A stretch of 52,412 nucleotides of DNA from a virus (taxonomy: Duplodnaviria > Caudoviricetes), in IMG/VR virus record IMGVR_UViG_3300025838_000051, positions 1-52,412 of that record; one strand, written 5' to 3'. A program made the position numbers and the translations under genes. Positions within the stretch are counted from its first letter, which is position 1; each line of letters opens with the position of its first letter. This document shows positions 18,671 through 28,193 of this stretch, in pieces. The notes beneath the pieces were generated by a model that saw nothing but the letters and a program-made list of their open reading frames with translations, did no database searches and was not told where the DNA came from.

Positions 18671-18955
18671 GTGATTCCAGACAATCAAAAATGCCAGACC
18701 TGCCGATATGCGGTTGATCATCCCGGTGGAAAAGGCAGCAATACTGAGTGCCACAAAAACCCACCAGTTGTAAAAGTCGGCACCCGATGGGGCCAGTGGC
18801 CCGAGGTGGAAAAATACGATTGGTGTGGTGAGTGGCAACCACAAGCATCCAACACAATTACAGGAGCCAATAATGCCAGCTTTGAAGCACTTGGACCAAT
18901 TGATCGGCAAGGAGTTTCGATTGCCCAAATCGCTATATCCGGTGAGCCATTGTGA
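18671..18955 (+). CDS. small Cys-rich phage protein
   Basis: CQTCRY...CHKNPP...WPEV...DWCGEW; AGGAG RBS. Confidence 0.65.
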   Translation: MIPDNQKCQTCRYAVDHPGGKGSNTECHKNPPVVKVGTRWGQWPEVEKYDWCGEWQPQASNTITGANNASFEALGPIDRQGVSIAQIAISGEPL

Positions 18956-19100
18956 GTCACCAGTTTGCCGTCGGCGTGGAGAGCATATCTACCACTGCTG
19001 CCATCGTCGTGATGAGGAAAGCCTGCGAAGATCATTTGTGTCGCGGGCGATTGCAGAGGGGAAATCAAGAAGCAGAAAACAGGAGGTTAGTGATGAATAA
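18873..19100 (+). CDS. possible small protein
   Basis: AGGAG RBS plus ATG; overlaps the tail of the upstream ORF and the next start. Confidence 0.35.
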   Translation: MPALKHLDQLIGKEFRLPKSLYPVSHCESPVCRRRGEHIYHCCHRRDEESLRRSFVSRAIAEGKSRSRKQEVSDE

Positions 19101-19398
19101 TCAGCTGGTGGTGCAATTTGAGTTTTGTGCCGCTGGAGTTGCGGATAAATCCGAAACCAGTCAGCAAATCAAGTCGCTGTTGGAGCTGCGATATCCCAAC
19201 GGGTTGATATCTGTTTTTGCAGGCCCCCACAATCGCTGTGCAGTCTGGATGCTGCCAGAGGGCAACAATCCGGGAGAGCTACCACGACGGCAGTTTTTTC
19301 AAGCCACCCAGACTTTTGATTATGTGATTCAGAATATCCCGGACATTGCCTGCACGGACGGCGACCACATTGCAACCATTTGGGGGAAAGTAGTGTGA
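19093..19398 (+). CDS. hypothetical protein
   Basis: AGGAGG RBS, ATG 19093. Confidence 0.55.
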   Translation: MNNQLVVQFEFCAAGVADKSETSQQIKSLLELRYPNGLISVFAGPHNRCAVWMLPEGNNPGELPRRQFFQATQTFDYVIQNIPDIACTDGDHIATIWGKVV

Positions 19399-19619
19399 CA
19401 ATCCTTGTTATTGTTTACCTTGCAGGTTTTTTTGCAGGCGGTTTGATAACCCGGGAATACTTCCTGTGGCATATGGAGCAACGTCTGCAACACTGGCAGG
19501 ACGATCTGGCTCAATTGGAGCGGTGCGAGGCGATCCACCGCGAAAATGAGGAGCTAATCCGTCGGCTAACAACCCCCAAGCTGCCTCGCAAAGCGCAACA
19601 AAACTATCGTTACAACTAA
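19395..19619 (+). CDS. small membrane-anchored coiled-coil protein
   Basis: N-terminal hydrophobic helix ILVIVYLAGFFAGGLI; GTGA coupling. Confidence 0.55.
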   Translation: MTILVIVYLAGFFAGGLITREYFLWHMEQRLQHWQDDLAQLERCEAIHRENEELIRRLTTPKLPRKAQQNYRYN

Positions 19620-19625
19620 CCCCCC

Positions 19626-20786
19626 GTGGAGACAAAAAAAATGAGTAGCAATGTTGTTGAATATACTCCCGATCAGGTTTCTTTAATCAAAGACACGTGT
19701 TGCCGTGATGCCAGCGATCTGGAGTTAAAGTTTTTTCTAAACCAGGTGCAGCGGACTCAGCTGGATCCGCTGTCCAAGCAGATTTATGCAATTAAACGGT
19801 ACGATACGGCTCTTCGTCGCGAGGTCTTGGGTATTCAGGTTGGGATTGATGGCCTCCGATTAATCGCTGAGCGAACAGGCGAAACGGATGGTCAAGATGG
19901 GCCATACTGGTGCGGTGAAGACGGCAAATGGGTCGACGTCTGGTTAAGCAATAAACCACCGTCTGCGGCTAAAGCGGTAGTGTACCGGAAGGGCAGGACT
20001 CACGCCTATGTCGGCATAGCCCGATGGACCAGTTATTGCCAGCTAACTAAGGACGGTAGCCCCACACGAATGTGGCAAAAAATGTCAGACCTAATGCTGT
20101 ACAAATGCGCAGAGGCATTGGCACTCCGAAAGGCATTTCCCCATGAGTTGTCCGGGATTTACACTGATGACGAAATGGATCAGGCTATTCCTGTTGTCGA
20201 GGAATCGCCTGCAATCTCGCATACTAAAACGTCTGCAATACCACACAAGCATACGCCTGCCCAGATTGCTCACGCTCCCGGAATCCGCAAGGATCAGATG
20301 GATCGGCTGGCGGTTTTGATACGCCATCTGGGCGCCAAACCTGTACAGGATTTGATGATCCAAACGTATGAAAAATCCAAGCGGGCTGAGTTGACCGAAA
20401 ACGAGGCCCGTGGCCTCATCTCCGCCCTGGAAAAGTGGAATCTTGCTGAGCCTGCCCCAGAGCCTATTCCAGAACAGCCTGTCCCCGTAGTACTCGCGAA
20501 AAAATTTGAGATAACAGTTAATGATTCCTGGACATTTGATCCGACTCAACCGCCGGACGATGACGGCCAGTTAATCAATACAGGCGCGATGCGAATCGTA
20601 TCAAATCTGATGAAGCAGGCTAAGACCGAAGTAGGATACAACTTCACCAAAGAGGTCTGCGAGCTTCAGTTTAATGTTGGATCCCTAACAGAGTTGACCC
20701 TTTATCAGGCATGGATCTTGATCCATGACCTTACCAGCCGTCTGGATGGAACCGGACAGGAGCAGGAACAGGAGGCAGCGGTATGA
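19626..20786 (+). CDS. bet: Bet/RecT-family ssDNA annealing protein
   Basis: ELKFFL...LDPLSKQIY...QVGIDGLRLIAERTG...WQKMSDLMLYKCAEALALRKAFP..LSGIYTDDEM. Confidence 0.92.
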   Translation: METKKMSSNVVEYTPDQVSLIKDTCCRDASDLELKFFLNQVQRTQLDPLSKQIYAIKRYDTALRREVLGIQVGIDGLRLIAERTGETDGQDGPYWCGEDGKWVDVWLSNKPPSAAKAVVYRKGRTHAYVGIARWTSYCQLTKDGSPTRMWQKMSDLMLYKCAEALALRKAFPHELSGIYTDDEMDQAIPVVEESPAISHTKTSAIPHKHTPAQIAHAPGIRKDQMDRLAVLIRHLGAKPVQDLMIQTYEKSKRAELTENEARGLISALEKWNLAEPAPEPIPEQPVPVVLAKKFEITVNDSWTFDPTQPPDDDGQLINTGAMRIVSNLMKQAKTEVGYNFTKEVCELQFNVGSLTELTLYQAWILIHDLTSRLDGTGQEQEQEAAV

Positions 20787-20983
20787 TTGCCAGGCGGTTC
20801 AGGAACATCAAGTGCCCCCACTGCAACGGTAGTGGGGTTGTCGGGAAGTTGCAAGTATGGTCGGAAATTGATTGGATTGACTGGATTCCAGACGGTTCAA
20901 ATCGCATTACGACCCCTGTTCCGGTGATTGCGGAAATCCGGGATTGTCCTTGTCCGACCTGTGATGGCCGCAAAAAAATTTGA
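20783..20983 (+). CDS. small zinc-finger protein
   Basis: CPHCNGSG and CPTCDG; GGAGG RBS, ATGA overlap. Confidence 0.65.
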   Translation: MIARRFRNIKCPHCNGSGVVGKLQVWSEIDWIDWIPDGSNRITTPVPVIAEIRDCPCPTCDGRKKI

Positions 20984-20993
20984 GAAAACTTGA

Positions 20994-21020
20994 GCTGCCC
21001 ACCCTAATCAGGTGGGCAGC
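20994..21020. terminator. perfect 10-bp stem-loop
   Basis: GCTGCCCACC-ctaatca-GGTGGGCAGC in intergenic DNA. Confidence 0.45.
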
Positions 21021-21103
21021 CAGTGTACCCGAGAGATGTGCTAATTGAGATGGGATGGATGGGATTGAGACCTGTAATTTGATGATAACATTAGGAGCCG
21101 AGA

Positions 21104-22132
21104 ATGAAAGCCGAGCAGGTTAGTTATTTGAAAATTGACGAAATTATCGCGGATCCAGATACTCAGGTCAGGGTATCACACAGCGAGGAAAGGGAAATTG
21201 AGTATGCCGAGCATTACGCCAATGGAGTGCAGTTTCCCCCGCTGGTTGTGTTTTACAATTCATCTAAAGATCAGGACAACCGCTATTGGTTGTCTGATGG
21301 CCACCATCGTTTTGCGGCAGCCAAGCGAGCCGGATTGCAGGTTATTAATTGCAAGGTAAATTTTGCGTCTGGCGATACAAGAGAAGCGGCAATTGAGGCC
21401 GCATGTGGTGCCAACGCCACCCATGGTATGCCTCGGACCCGCGCGGATAAACGTCGTACGGTTGAGATTTATTGGAGAACTTTTTGCAAGGGACGAGAAG
21501 TGCGCAAATCTTCAAGAATTATTGCCGAAATCTGCAAAGTGACGCAGCCATTTGTTGATTCCGTCCTAAATGATTTAGAAACGACTGATAATAATTATCA
21601 CTCAAAAATTGAGGGCAAGGACGGTAGAACCTATACTGTCAAACCCAAATCTAAACCCAAGCCAGTTCCCATCAAAATATCTGAATCAATTGATGAACTT
21701 GTTGATCAGGAGGAGCCAGAAATTCCCCAAGTGGTTGTTCCTCCTGAGTGCGATATGGAAGGCCATGCCCTTACTTCGGTGGTCAAACCGGCTTTTGAAG
21801 TCGTGCCCAAATTTGCAGAACTTATGCGATTGCTGGAAACAGCCGGGAATCTGGTGCAGGCAATTGCAGTGCATCCGGGCGGAGAATTTTTTCGCTTGAC
21901 CTGCCAGCTGCATGGAAAAAAAGGCAATGCCAAACATCGGTCAGCCGAGCTGGATGAACTGCTATGCAATGTACGCATGAGCCAACCTCATTCGATTTGT
22001 GCCCGCTGTCACGGTGTCGGGGAAACCGACTCGGTAAAGTGTATCTCCTGCTGCGGTCGTGGCTGGTGGGACAGGGTAACCTGGACAGGGGCCAGTTCGG
22101 AACTCAAATCGGGATTGTCCAAGTGCATATAG
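21104..22132 (+). CDS. ParB/Srx-domain protein with HTH and C-terminal zinc finger
   Basis: FPPLVVF...WLSDGHHRFAAA; ANATHGMPRTRADKRR; HTH SSRIIAEICKVTQPFV; CARCHG...CISCCGRGW. Confidence 0.85.
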   Translation: MKAEQVSYLKIDEIIADPDTQVRVSHSEEREIEYAEHYANGVQFPPLVVFYNSSKDQDNRYWLSDGHHRFAAAKRAGLQVINCKVNFASGDTREAAIEAACGANATHGMPRTRADKRRTVEIYWRTFCKGREVRKSSRIIAEICKVTQPFVDSVLNDLETTDNNYHSKIEGKDGRTYTVKPKSKPKPVPIKISESIDELVDQEEPEIPQVVVPPECDMEGHALTSVVKPAFEVVPKFAELMRLLETAGNLVQAIAVHPGGEFFRLTCQLHGKKGNAKHRSAELDELLCNVRMSQPHSICARCHGVGETDSVKCISCCGRGWWDRVTWTGASSELKSGLSKCI

Positions 22133-22216
22133 ATTTTGATTTGATCGTGGCGGACTTTATTGCGGGAGCGTGGGCGGAGGCAATTGCCGAGAATCCGCCC
22201 ACGCCAAGGAGGGATC

Positions 22217-23797
22217 ATGGTAATGGCGTCAAAGCCAAAATTGATAAGGCCGTACCAAGCCGATGCGATACAAGCAATTTTGAAAAATCTGGAGAGGCAT
22301 CAATCAACCCTGCTTGAGCTGGCAACAGGGCTTGGAAAGACCTTCTGCTTCAGCAATGTGATCAAAGAATCGCCTGGGCGATGGCTTGTTTTGGCCCACA
22401 CTCGCGAACTGATTGAACAGGCGGCCAAAGATATCCACGAAAACACCGGCGAACGGCCAGACATTGAGATGGGCTCCCGGCAGGCGTACGTCAATGGCAG
22501 TCTGGGGCGGCGGATAGTTGTCGGGAGCGTTCAAACCTGCAAAAGTCTGAAAAGGCTATCGCGGTTTCCAAGGGATTATTTTGACGGCCTTGTCATTGAT
22601 GAAGGGCATCACGCAGCGGCGGAAACCTATCGCAGGATCATGGGCTATTTTAAGGACGCCAAGCGGTTGCTGGTGACAGCCACTCCCAAACGTGGCGACA
22701 AAATCGGGCTTGATGGCTTTTGTGACTCGGTTGCATATCAGTATGGAATTGAGCCAGCCGTCGAAGATTCCTGGCTGGTGCCGATCACCCAGGAGGTTAT
22801 TAGGGTTGACTCGCTGGATTATTCCAAGGTCAACACCTCCGATAATGGAGACATGAATCGGGAGGAGTTGGACAAGGCACTGAGGGAAGAGGCAGCTTCC
22901 CAAAAAATGGTCAGCAGTGCTTTTGAGGTTGTTGGTAATCGGCCAACCATCTGGTTTTGTGCGACAGTGGAGCACGCCCGTTGCCTTGCAATCATACTGG
23001 AGCGATATGCGGGTAGTGGCCGGGTGGAATACCTGTCAGGCGAGAGTTCTCCTGATCATCGCAAGATTGTGATTAACAAATATAAATCCGGGGAAATCCA
23101 GCATTTGCTGAATTGCGGGTTATTTCTGGAGGGCTTTAACGCTCCTGCAACGTCTGCAATCGTGATGGCGAGGCCGACCAAAAGTCTGGCTCTGTACACC
23201 CAGATTCTGGGAAGAGGAACGCGAACGTTGCCGGACACAATTGACGACGCGGCCTGCCTGCATTCGCCCGAGCTACGACGCCAGCGCATTGCTGAGTCTG
23301 CGAAAAAAGATGTGCTGGTGATTGACTATGTTGGCAATGCCGGCAAGCACAAAATTGTTACGGCCCGAGATGTGTTGGGCGGGAAATACAGCCCTGAAGT
23401 GATTGAATATGCCGGTGGATTGCTTGAAGAATCCAAGGGGGATGTGAGTGAAACCCTTCTTAGGTCCCAGGCGGAAATAGCCTTTTTAGCCGAAGAACGA
23501 CAGCAGCAGGAAGAAGAAGAGAAAAAGCTGCGAGCTGCCAGAAAACATATTAAAGCAGAGGTTTCCTTCATCCGCACCGAGGTCAGCCCTTTTGAGAACA
23601 GTCACGTCGGTAAGGCCCCGGTTGCACCTAAGCCGGTCGAAATGGCAACCCATGGCCAAGCGGGGTATATCGCTAAATTATCCCGCGAAGCTGGCAAGCC
23701 CATGACCTACAAACAGGCCTTGCGATTAACCAAAAAAATGGCGTCCGGGGTGATTGCCAAACTCAAAAAGGAGGCAGGTGCCTATGCAGGCAATTAA
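22217..23797 (+). CDS. SF2 DExH (Res-like) helicase
   Basis: RPYQ, LATGLGKT, DEGHH, TATP, EGFNAP, QILGRGTR. Confidence 0.92.
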   Translation: MVMASKPKLIRPYQADAIQAILKNLERHQSTLLELATGLGKTFCFSNVIKESPGRWLVLAHTRELIEQAAKDIHENTGERPDIEMGSRQAYVNGSLGRRIVVGSVQTCKSLKRLSRFPRDYFDGLVIDEGHHAAAETYRRIMGYFKDAKRLLVTATPKRGDKIGLDGFCDSVAYQYGIEPAVEDSWLVPITQEVIRVDSLDYSKVNTSDNGDMNREELDKALREEAASQKMVSSAFEVVGNRPTIWFCATVEHARCLAIILERYAGSGRVEYLSGESSPDHRKIVINKYKSGEIQHLLNCGLFLEGFNAPATSAIVMARPTKSLALYTQILGRGTRTLPDTIDDAACLHSPELRRQRIAESAKKDVLVIDYVGNAGKHKIVTARDVLGGKYSPEVIEYAGGLLEESKGDVSETLLRSQAEIAFLAEERQQQEEEEKKLRAARKHIKAEVSFIRTEVSPFENSHVGKAPVAPKPVEMATHGQAGYIAKLSREAGKPMTYKQALRLTKKMASGVIAKLKKEAGAYAGN

Positions 23798-24020
23798 AGA
23801 CCAGCAGCCCAAGCGGATTATCCGGTTGCAGGATATTTTAAAAGCCCTGAAGCGACGAAAGCTGTACTTGTTCCTGGACCCGGAAGGAAATATTGCGATA
23901 GGCCCGCCGAATTCCGCAGGCATTACCCCTGCCCTTTTGGCAGTGATTTCCATCGAAGACCATTACGATCAATTGTTGAAATTAATCCGGCAAATACCGA
24001 GTAGGAGATTGAAACCATGA
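23784..24020 (+). CDS. small protein resembling the TubC N-terminal docking domain
   Basis: ILKALKRRKLYLFLD..G...GP...ITPALL...HYDQLLKLI. Confidence 0.45.
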   Translation: MQAIKDQQPKRIIRLQDILKALKRRKLYLFLDPEGNIAIGPPNSAGITPALLAVISIEDHYDQLLKLIRQIPSRRLKP

Positions 24021-24346
24021 TTAGCAGGGAGGAGTTTTTGTTAAGGTTCCGAGGGCGATTTCTTGCGTACATCATGGATTGCTGGGCACTGAAAAATAAG
24101 GCTGAACTTACGAACCTGACTGCCGATCGTTTGGTTCGTGATCTAGACAACGCCTTGGACAGCATATATACTGTTTTTGTACCTCCACCAGAGAAGCAGC
24201 CAATTGTTGAAACACCGGTATCCGCTCCCGTTGTTGCACAGGCAAACAGGCCTGCCTTAGCACCCTCAGGCGCTGCACCAGTTCGCACACCCGCAATTGC
24301 CCCCAAGCCTATGCCCAATGGCTTGCCCAGAAATAATTACAATTGA
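24017..24346 (+). CDS. hypothetical protein with Pro/Ala-rich tail
   Basis: AGGAG RBS, ATGA overlap. Confidence 0.6.
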   Translation: MISREEFLLRFRGRFLAYIMDCWALKNKAELTNLTADRLVRDLDNALDSIYTVFVPPPEKQPIVETPVSAPVVAQANRPALAPSGAAPVRTPAIAPKPMPNGLPRNNYN

Positions 24347-24379
24347 TCCACCCCCGTTTCTTTTTTTTACAGGAGTTGA

Positions 24380-24577
24380 ATGATGGCCGAAGCAGTATTG
24401 GAAAGCGAAAAAATTGAACGCGAGATCCAAACCGGTCGCGTGGTCAAGGATCCTGAGCTAACAGCCATGGACCGGATTTGCCGGATATTGGCGGATTTTG
24501 ATTTGAATGGACGACGGAGAGTGTTGGATTGGCTTTCGTCAAAGCTGATTCCAAAGGACCTTACCGATACATTTTAA
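24380..24577 (+). CDS. small hypothetical protein
   Basis: DPELTAMDRICRILADFD...RRRVLDWL; AGGAG RBS. Confidence 0.65.
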   Translation: MMAEAVLESEKIEREIQTGRVVKDPELTAMDRICRILADFDLNGRRRVLDWLSSKLIPKDLTDTF

Positions 24578-24591
24578 ATTTGCTTGATCTT

Positions 24592-24630
24592 GCGTATCGT
24601 GCAGCTATTCAAATTGCACGATACGCTTTT
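24592..24630 (+). terminator. 12-bp perfect inverted repeat plus TTTT (terminator or operator)
   Basis: GCGTATCGTGCA-11 nt-TGCACGATACGC-TTTT. Confidence 0.55.
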
Positions 24631-24938
24631 GGTAACACCATAGCCCCGGGTTGGCACAGTGAGCGATCCACTCAGGCAGTGAGGCTTCGGCACCCTGCGG
24701 TCGCATCGGCCAAAATCATCGTCGATACCAGGAAGTTTAACCGCCTGGCGAACGGATCGAGAATGGATAGGTGAGAGGCGTTTTACCTATCCGGGTGGGC
24801 ATCACGGCAGGCACTGGCACCCAAGGAAAGATCCAAGTAGCGTGCTCAAAACCCCGACACGATAAACCCGTGAGCTGGATTAGTGCACCTCTCCAAGGGT
24901 GCATTACGCCCTCACTCTGCCCCGGAGCTGGTTTACCA
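24630..24938 (+). ncRNA. candidate large multibranch structured RNA of unknown class
   Basis: 5' end 24630-24665 pairs with 24907-24938; six internal hairpins, a cUUCGg tetraloop and G-U pairs favouring the + strand. Confidence 0.55.
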
Positions 24939-24998
24939 GCGAACGGGGAACGATTAAAGGGGTTTGACTTGACCCCTACAACTAAAACAGGAGCTGGC

Positions 24999-26069
24999 TT
25001 GAATACTACGACCAAAACAACACTTACTGAAGAACAAACGGACATTGTTGACCAAATCATTGAAGGGATTGAAAATGGAATTCTGATCCAGACCCTTGGT
25101 GGATATGCCGGGACCGGCAAAACCACCTTGGTTGCCACCCTGCATGAATTGCTGCCAAACTTTGCTGTATGTGCTTTTACGGGAAAGGCTGCAACCGTTC
25201 TGGGTAGAAAGGGAATTGCGGACACTTCCACAATTCACTCGCGAATTTACAAGCCAGTCACGGAATTGGATGGAAGTGTGTCGTTTGAATTGCGACATCG
25301 TTTTGAAATGAATGGAATTGAAGGGTTTTTGGTGGATGAGGCCTCCATGGTATCGCGGTCTATTTATGAGGACCTGTTGTCTTTCAAACTTCCAATTGTT
25401 TTTGTTGGCGATCATGGACAGCTGGAACCGGTTGGCAGCGACATCAATGTCATGGCTAACCCCATGTATCGGCTTGAAACGATTCACCGGAATGCTGGCG
25501 AGATTGCAAGGTTTGCCGAGCATTTGCGAGAAGGGAAATTGGCGAACCATTATCAATCCAAGGGCAAAGTAAAGATTATGTACGGCCATCGCAAAATGGC
25601 TGAATGGGTGCAATACGAAGCCGATCAAATGATCTGCGCGTTCAATGCGACGCGGGTCAGTTTTAATGATTTATATCGCGAAGCAGCTGGCAGGTCTGGA
25701 TTGGTTGAGCCAGGTGAGCGGGTGATCTGCTTGCGAAACAACCGGCAGAGCGGAGTTTACAACGGTCAGCAGGGCATTGTTAAAACCGTGAAGTTAAGCA
25801 AGAAAATAATGACCGTAGACATGGAGGGAGTTGGAGAGGTTGAGCTGGAATTCTGCCCTGAGCAGTTTGGTCAGGAGAAGCCATTGATTTTACAACCGTA
25901 CCACGTCAATCTGTTTGACTACGGTTATTGTATTACCGCACACAAATCCCAGGGCTCGGAATGGGGCAGGGTGGTGGTCAAGGAGGAACGATGCAATAAA
26001 TGGAATCATGTACGGTGGTCGTATACCGCAGCCAGCAGGGCCAAGGATGAATTGATCTGGATTGGTTGA
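24999..26069 (+). CDS. SF1B RecD/Dda-like helicase
   Basis: LTEEQ, GYAGTGKTT, STIHS, VDEASMV, VGDHGQL, YGYCITAHKSQGSEW, YTAASRAK; TTG start behind AGGAG. Confidence 0.92.
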   Translation: MNTTTKTTLTEEQTDIVDQIIEGIENGILIQTLGGYAGTGKTTLVATLHELLPNFAVCAFTGKAATVLGRKGIADTSTIHSRIYKPVTELDGSVSFELRHRFEMNGIEGFLVDEASMVSRSIYEDLLSFKLPIVFVGDHGQLEPVGSDINVMANPMYRLETIHRNAGEIARFAEHLREGKLANHYQSKGKVKIMYGHRKMAEWVQYEADQMICAFNATRVSFNDLYREAAGRSGLVEPGERVICLRNNRQSGVYNGQQGIVKTVKLSKKIMTVDMEGVGEVELEFCPEQFGQEKPLILQPYHVNLFDYGYCITAHKSQGSEWGRVVVKEERCNKWNHVRWSYTAASRAKDELIWIG

Positions 26070-26095
26070 TACACAACAAACGGAGGGAACCCGCA

Positions 26096-26389
26096 ATGAA
26101 GCAGCAGAAACGAGTGACCAAGATTCAGTTATTGTCCAAAGGGTATCATTGGATATGCAGGGATTACTGGTATGAGTCTTTGTGTGGGTCGTACCGGATC
26201 GAGCCACAACTTTTGAGTGATTTTTGCCGAAAGCATACCAACTGGCGGCATGCCGTCCAAACAAAAATTCCCAATTACACGGTTTACACTCCAACCGAAT
26301 CCAAGGGCTTTACCTCGTTAAAAGAAGCCGCCGCCTTTGCGGAACATGAAATCCTGCAACGGAATCGCGGTATAGCTGAAAGGAACTGA
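26096..26389 (+). CDS. hypothetical protein
   Basis: GGAGG RBS, collinear. Confidence 0.55.
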   Translation: MKQQKRVTKIQLLSKGYHWICRDYWYESLCGSYRIEPQLLSDFCRKHTNWRHAVQTKIPNYTVYTPTESKGFTSLKEAAAFAEHEILQRNRGIAERN

Positions 26390-26390
26390 A

Positions 26391-26741
26391 ATGTCACCGA
26401 TTAACAAGCCAGCCGAAATACCTGTTGAAATACCTGATTTTGCTGAAGGTCCCGTTGGGGTTTATCTTGTTTGCCTAAATGGGGAGCGACGGACATTTCA
26501 GCAGGTGCAAGCCGATCTGCAAAAGCTGATCGACTATAATCGCAGCATCAATGCCGGGAAACCTGTCAAAGACAACCAGTCACGAAATGAAGACCTGCAA
26601 AAACAATTGGTATTGGCTGAGCAGGCTCAAGCGGAGCCGATGCCCAAGGTGCCGGTGGTTGAGCCGACGGCAACAAACCGCATCAGCAATGTGATTCAGA
26701 GGGGAAGCTACAAGAGCCGCATGAGGCCAAGCAACAATTGA
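26391..26741 (+). CDS. hypothetical protein
   Basis: AAGGA RBS, collinear. Confidence 0.55.
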   Translation: MSPINKPAEIPVEIPDFAEGPVGVYLVCLNGERRTFQQVQADLQKLIDYNRSINAGKPVKDNQSRNEDLQKQLVLAEQAQAEPMPKVPVVEPTATNRISNVIQRGSYKSRMRPSNN

Positions 26742-26749
26742 GGTGTGCC

Positions 26750-27103
26750 ATGAAAGGGTGGTCCGAAAAGGAATTCACGAAAGCCGTTTTAAACGAAGCT
26801 ACAAGATTTGGCTGGAGCCTTTCTTATCATCCTTTGCCTGCAACGGTTGCCAAAGGAAAAATCATTACACCCTATCAAGGTAATGGCAAAGGTTTTCCGG
26901 ATTTGATACTGCTTAAATCAACCTGCGGGATTGTTGCGGAATTGAAGGTCGGCAACAACAAGCCAACTCCGGAGCAGCAAAAATGGCTGGAGGCCTTTCG
27001 GGCCCTTGGTTTTATTGCGGAGGTTTGGTATCCACGGGACTGGGACAGGATCGTGAGCCTGTTGTCAGGCGGCAGGGCCAGCAGTTTAGCGGTAAGGATT
27101 TAA
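26750..27103 (+). CDS. VRR-NUC (PD-(D/E)xK) endonuclease / resolvase
   Basis: SEKEF...GFPDLILL...AELK...PTPEQQKWLEAF...VWYP.DW. Confidence 0.88.
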   Translation: MKGWSEKEFTKAVLNEATRFGWSLSYHPLPATVAKGKIITPYQGNGKGFPDLILLKSTCGIVAELKVGNNKPTPEQQKWLEAFRALGFIAEVWYPRDWDRIVSLLSGGRASSLAVRI

Positions 27104-27104
27104 A

Positions 27105-27323
27105 ATGGCAGCATGGCACCCAGGGTCAGCGACAGGCGGCAGGATTCCCCAACCGAAAGCAGACGCCTTGGTATTGTGCGAATTGCCAGCCGGGCAAACC
27201 AGACTGCTGTTGTACCTGGGCAAGCATCAATGGCACTGTTATGAAAAAAATGGCGTATTTTCTGAGTGGCAAAAAGTGATATCGTTTACCGTGTGGCCGA
27301 AGCGGAAGGAGCCGAAAATATGA
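27105..27323 (+). CDS. hypothetical protein
   Basis: 72 aa, AAGGA RBS, ATGA overlap downstream. Confidence 0.5.
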   Translation: MAAWHPGSATGGRIPQPKADALVLCELPAGQTRLLLYLGKHQWHCYEKNGVFSEWQKVISFTVWPKRKEPKI

Positions 27324-28063
27324 TTGCTGATACAACAAACGCCAAGCAATTAGCCGAAGACAATATGGGGCTGTTGAAAAAATGGTGCAAATTCAAACTG
27401 CATCATTTGAAAAAACGGCCAAACAGGAAACACAAGCTGCGAAGTCTGGATGAGCTTTTGGCGGACATGTCTGAAGCCTATATGCTTGGGATTCATTCCT
27501 ATCTGAAAAAAAGTCCGGGCAATGAAGTTAGCCTGGGCACATGGATCTGGAACATGCTGAACTGGGAATGGTTTCGGCAATGCCATCGGGAAAGGATCGT
27601 TCCATTTTCGGCCAAGGAATTTATAAGCCAAAAGGAATTGGACGATTCGGAAAAGCAGTCTCATGTGTGGTCGATATCAGATGTCGACATGAAAATTCTT
27701 AAAAATTTATCCTATCAGCCCAACATAATTGAGGAGATGGAAAAGCGGGATCAGAAAGCCCAGTTTGAAGCTGCTCTGGTAATGGTTCGTGGAGGACGGC
27801 GACGGTTGCTGGATAAATACCTGCAAGGAGCATCGTATGCGGAGCTTGGCAGGGAACTGGGAGTGAGCAGGCAGGCAATTGAGCAGCGTATCAAAATTAT
27901 TATCGAAAGGATCAGCGAACATTTAACAAAGGAAAAACATGAGAAAGAAAAAATCACTGTGCAAGCACAACGGCCTGTTAGGGTTGCCCCACCTGTTAGA
28001 CAAGGTCAATCTGTCAATACGACAGTTGCTGGAATTGCAGGATGGTGGGAGGTGCAAATATAG
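27320..28063 (+). CDS. sigma70-like factor (candidate late-gene activator)
   Basis: Region-2-like NMGLL...LGTW; region-4 HTH SYAELGRELGVSRQAIEQR. Confidence 0.7.
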   Translation: MIADTTNAKQLAEDNMGLLKKWCKFKLHHLKKRPNRKHKLRSLDELLADMSEAYMLGIHSYLKKSPGNEVSLGTWIWNMLNWEWFRQCHRERIVPFSAKEFISQKELDDSEKQSHVWSISDVDMKILKNLSYQPNIIEEMEKRDQKAQFEAALVMVRGGRRRLLDKYLQGASYAELGRELGVSRQAIEQRIKIIIERISEHLTKEKHEKEKITVQAQRPVRVAPPVRQGQSVNTTVAGIAGWWEVQI

Positions 28064-28193
28064 TCAACGTGCATATCAGGAGTGGCGAAAGCATATGCGA
28101 ATCGCCATTCGTGCAAAAGTGGCAGCAAGGCGTATCCGGGAAACCTTTAAAGGGGTAATTGATTATGTCCAAGAATTCGGAATCGATGAATGA
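27939..28193 (+). CDS. possible small basic protein
   Basis: 84-aa ORF filling the gap between the sigma-like and DUF3310 genes; overlaps both. Confidence 0.35.
   Translation: MRKKKSLCKHNGLLGLPHLLDKVNLSIRQLLELQDGGRCKYSQRAYQEWRKHMRIAIRAKVAARRIRETFKGVIDYVQEFGIDE

Noticed and set aside
24630-24938. RNase P, tmRNA, SRP RNA or retron identity for the structured region
   Set aside because: AGGAAAG at about 24824 is only a partial, misplaced RNase P-like match; no tRNA-like ends, no SRP motif, no RT gene.
24771-24998. 76-aa N-terminal extension of the RecD-like helicase in the ORF track
   Set aside because: Helicase motifs start at LTEEQ; AGGAG plus TTG at 24999 is a better start; the extension overlaps the structured element.
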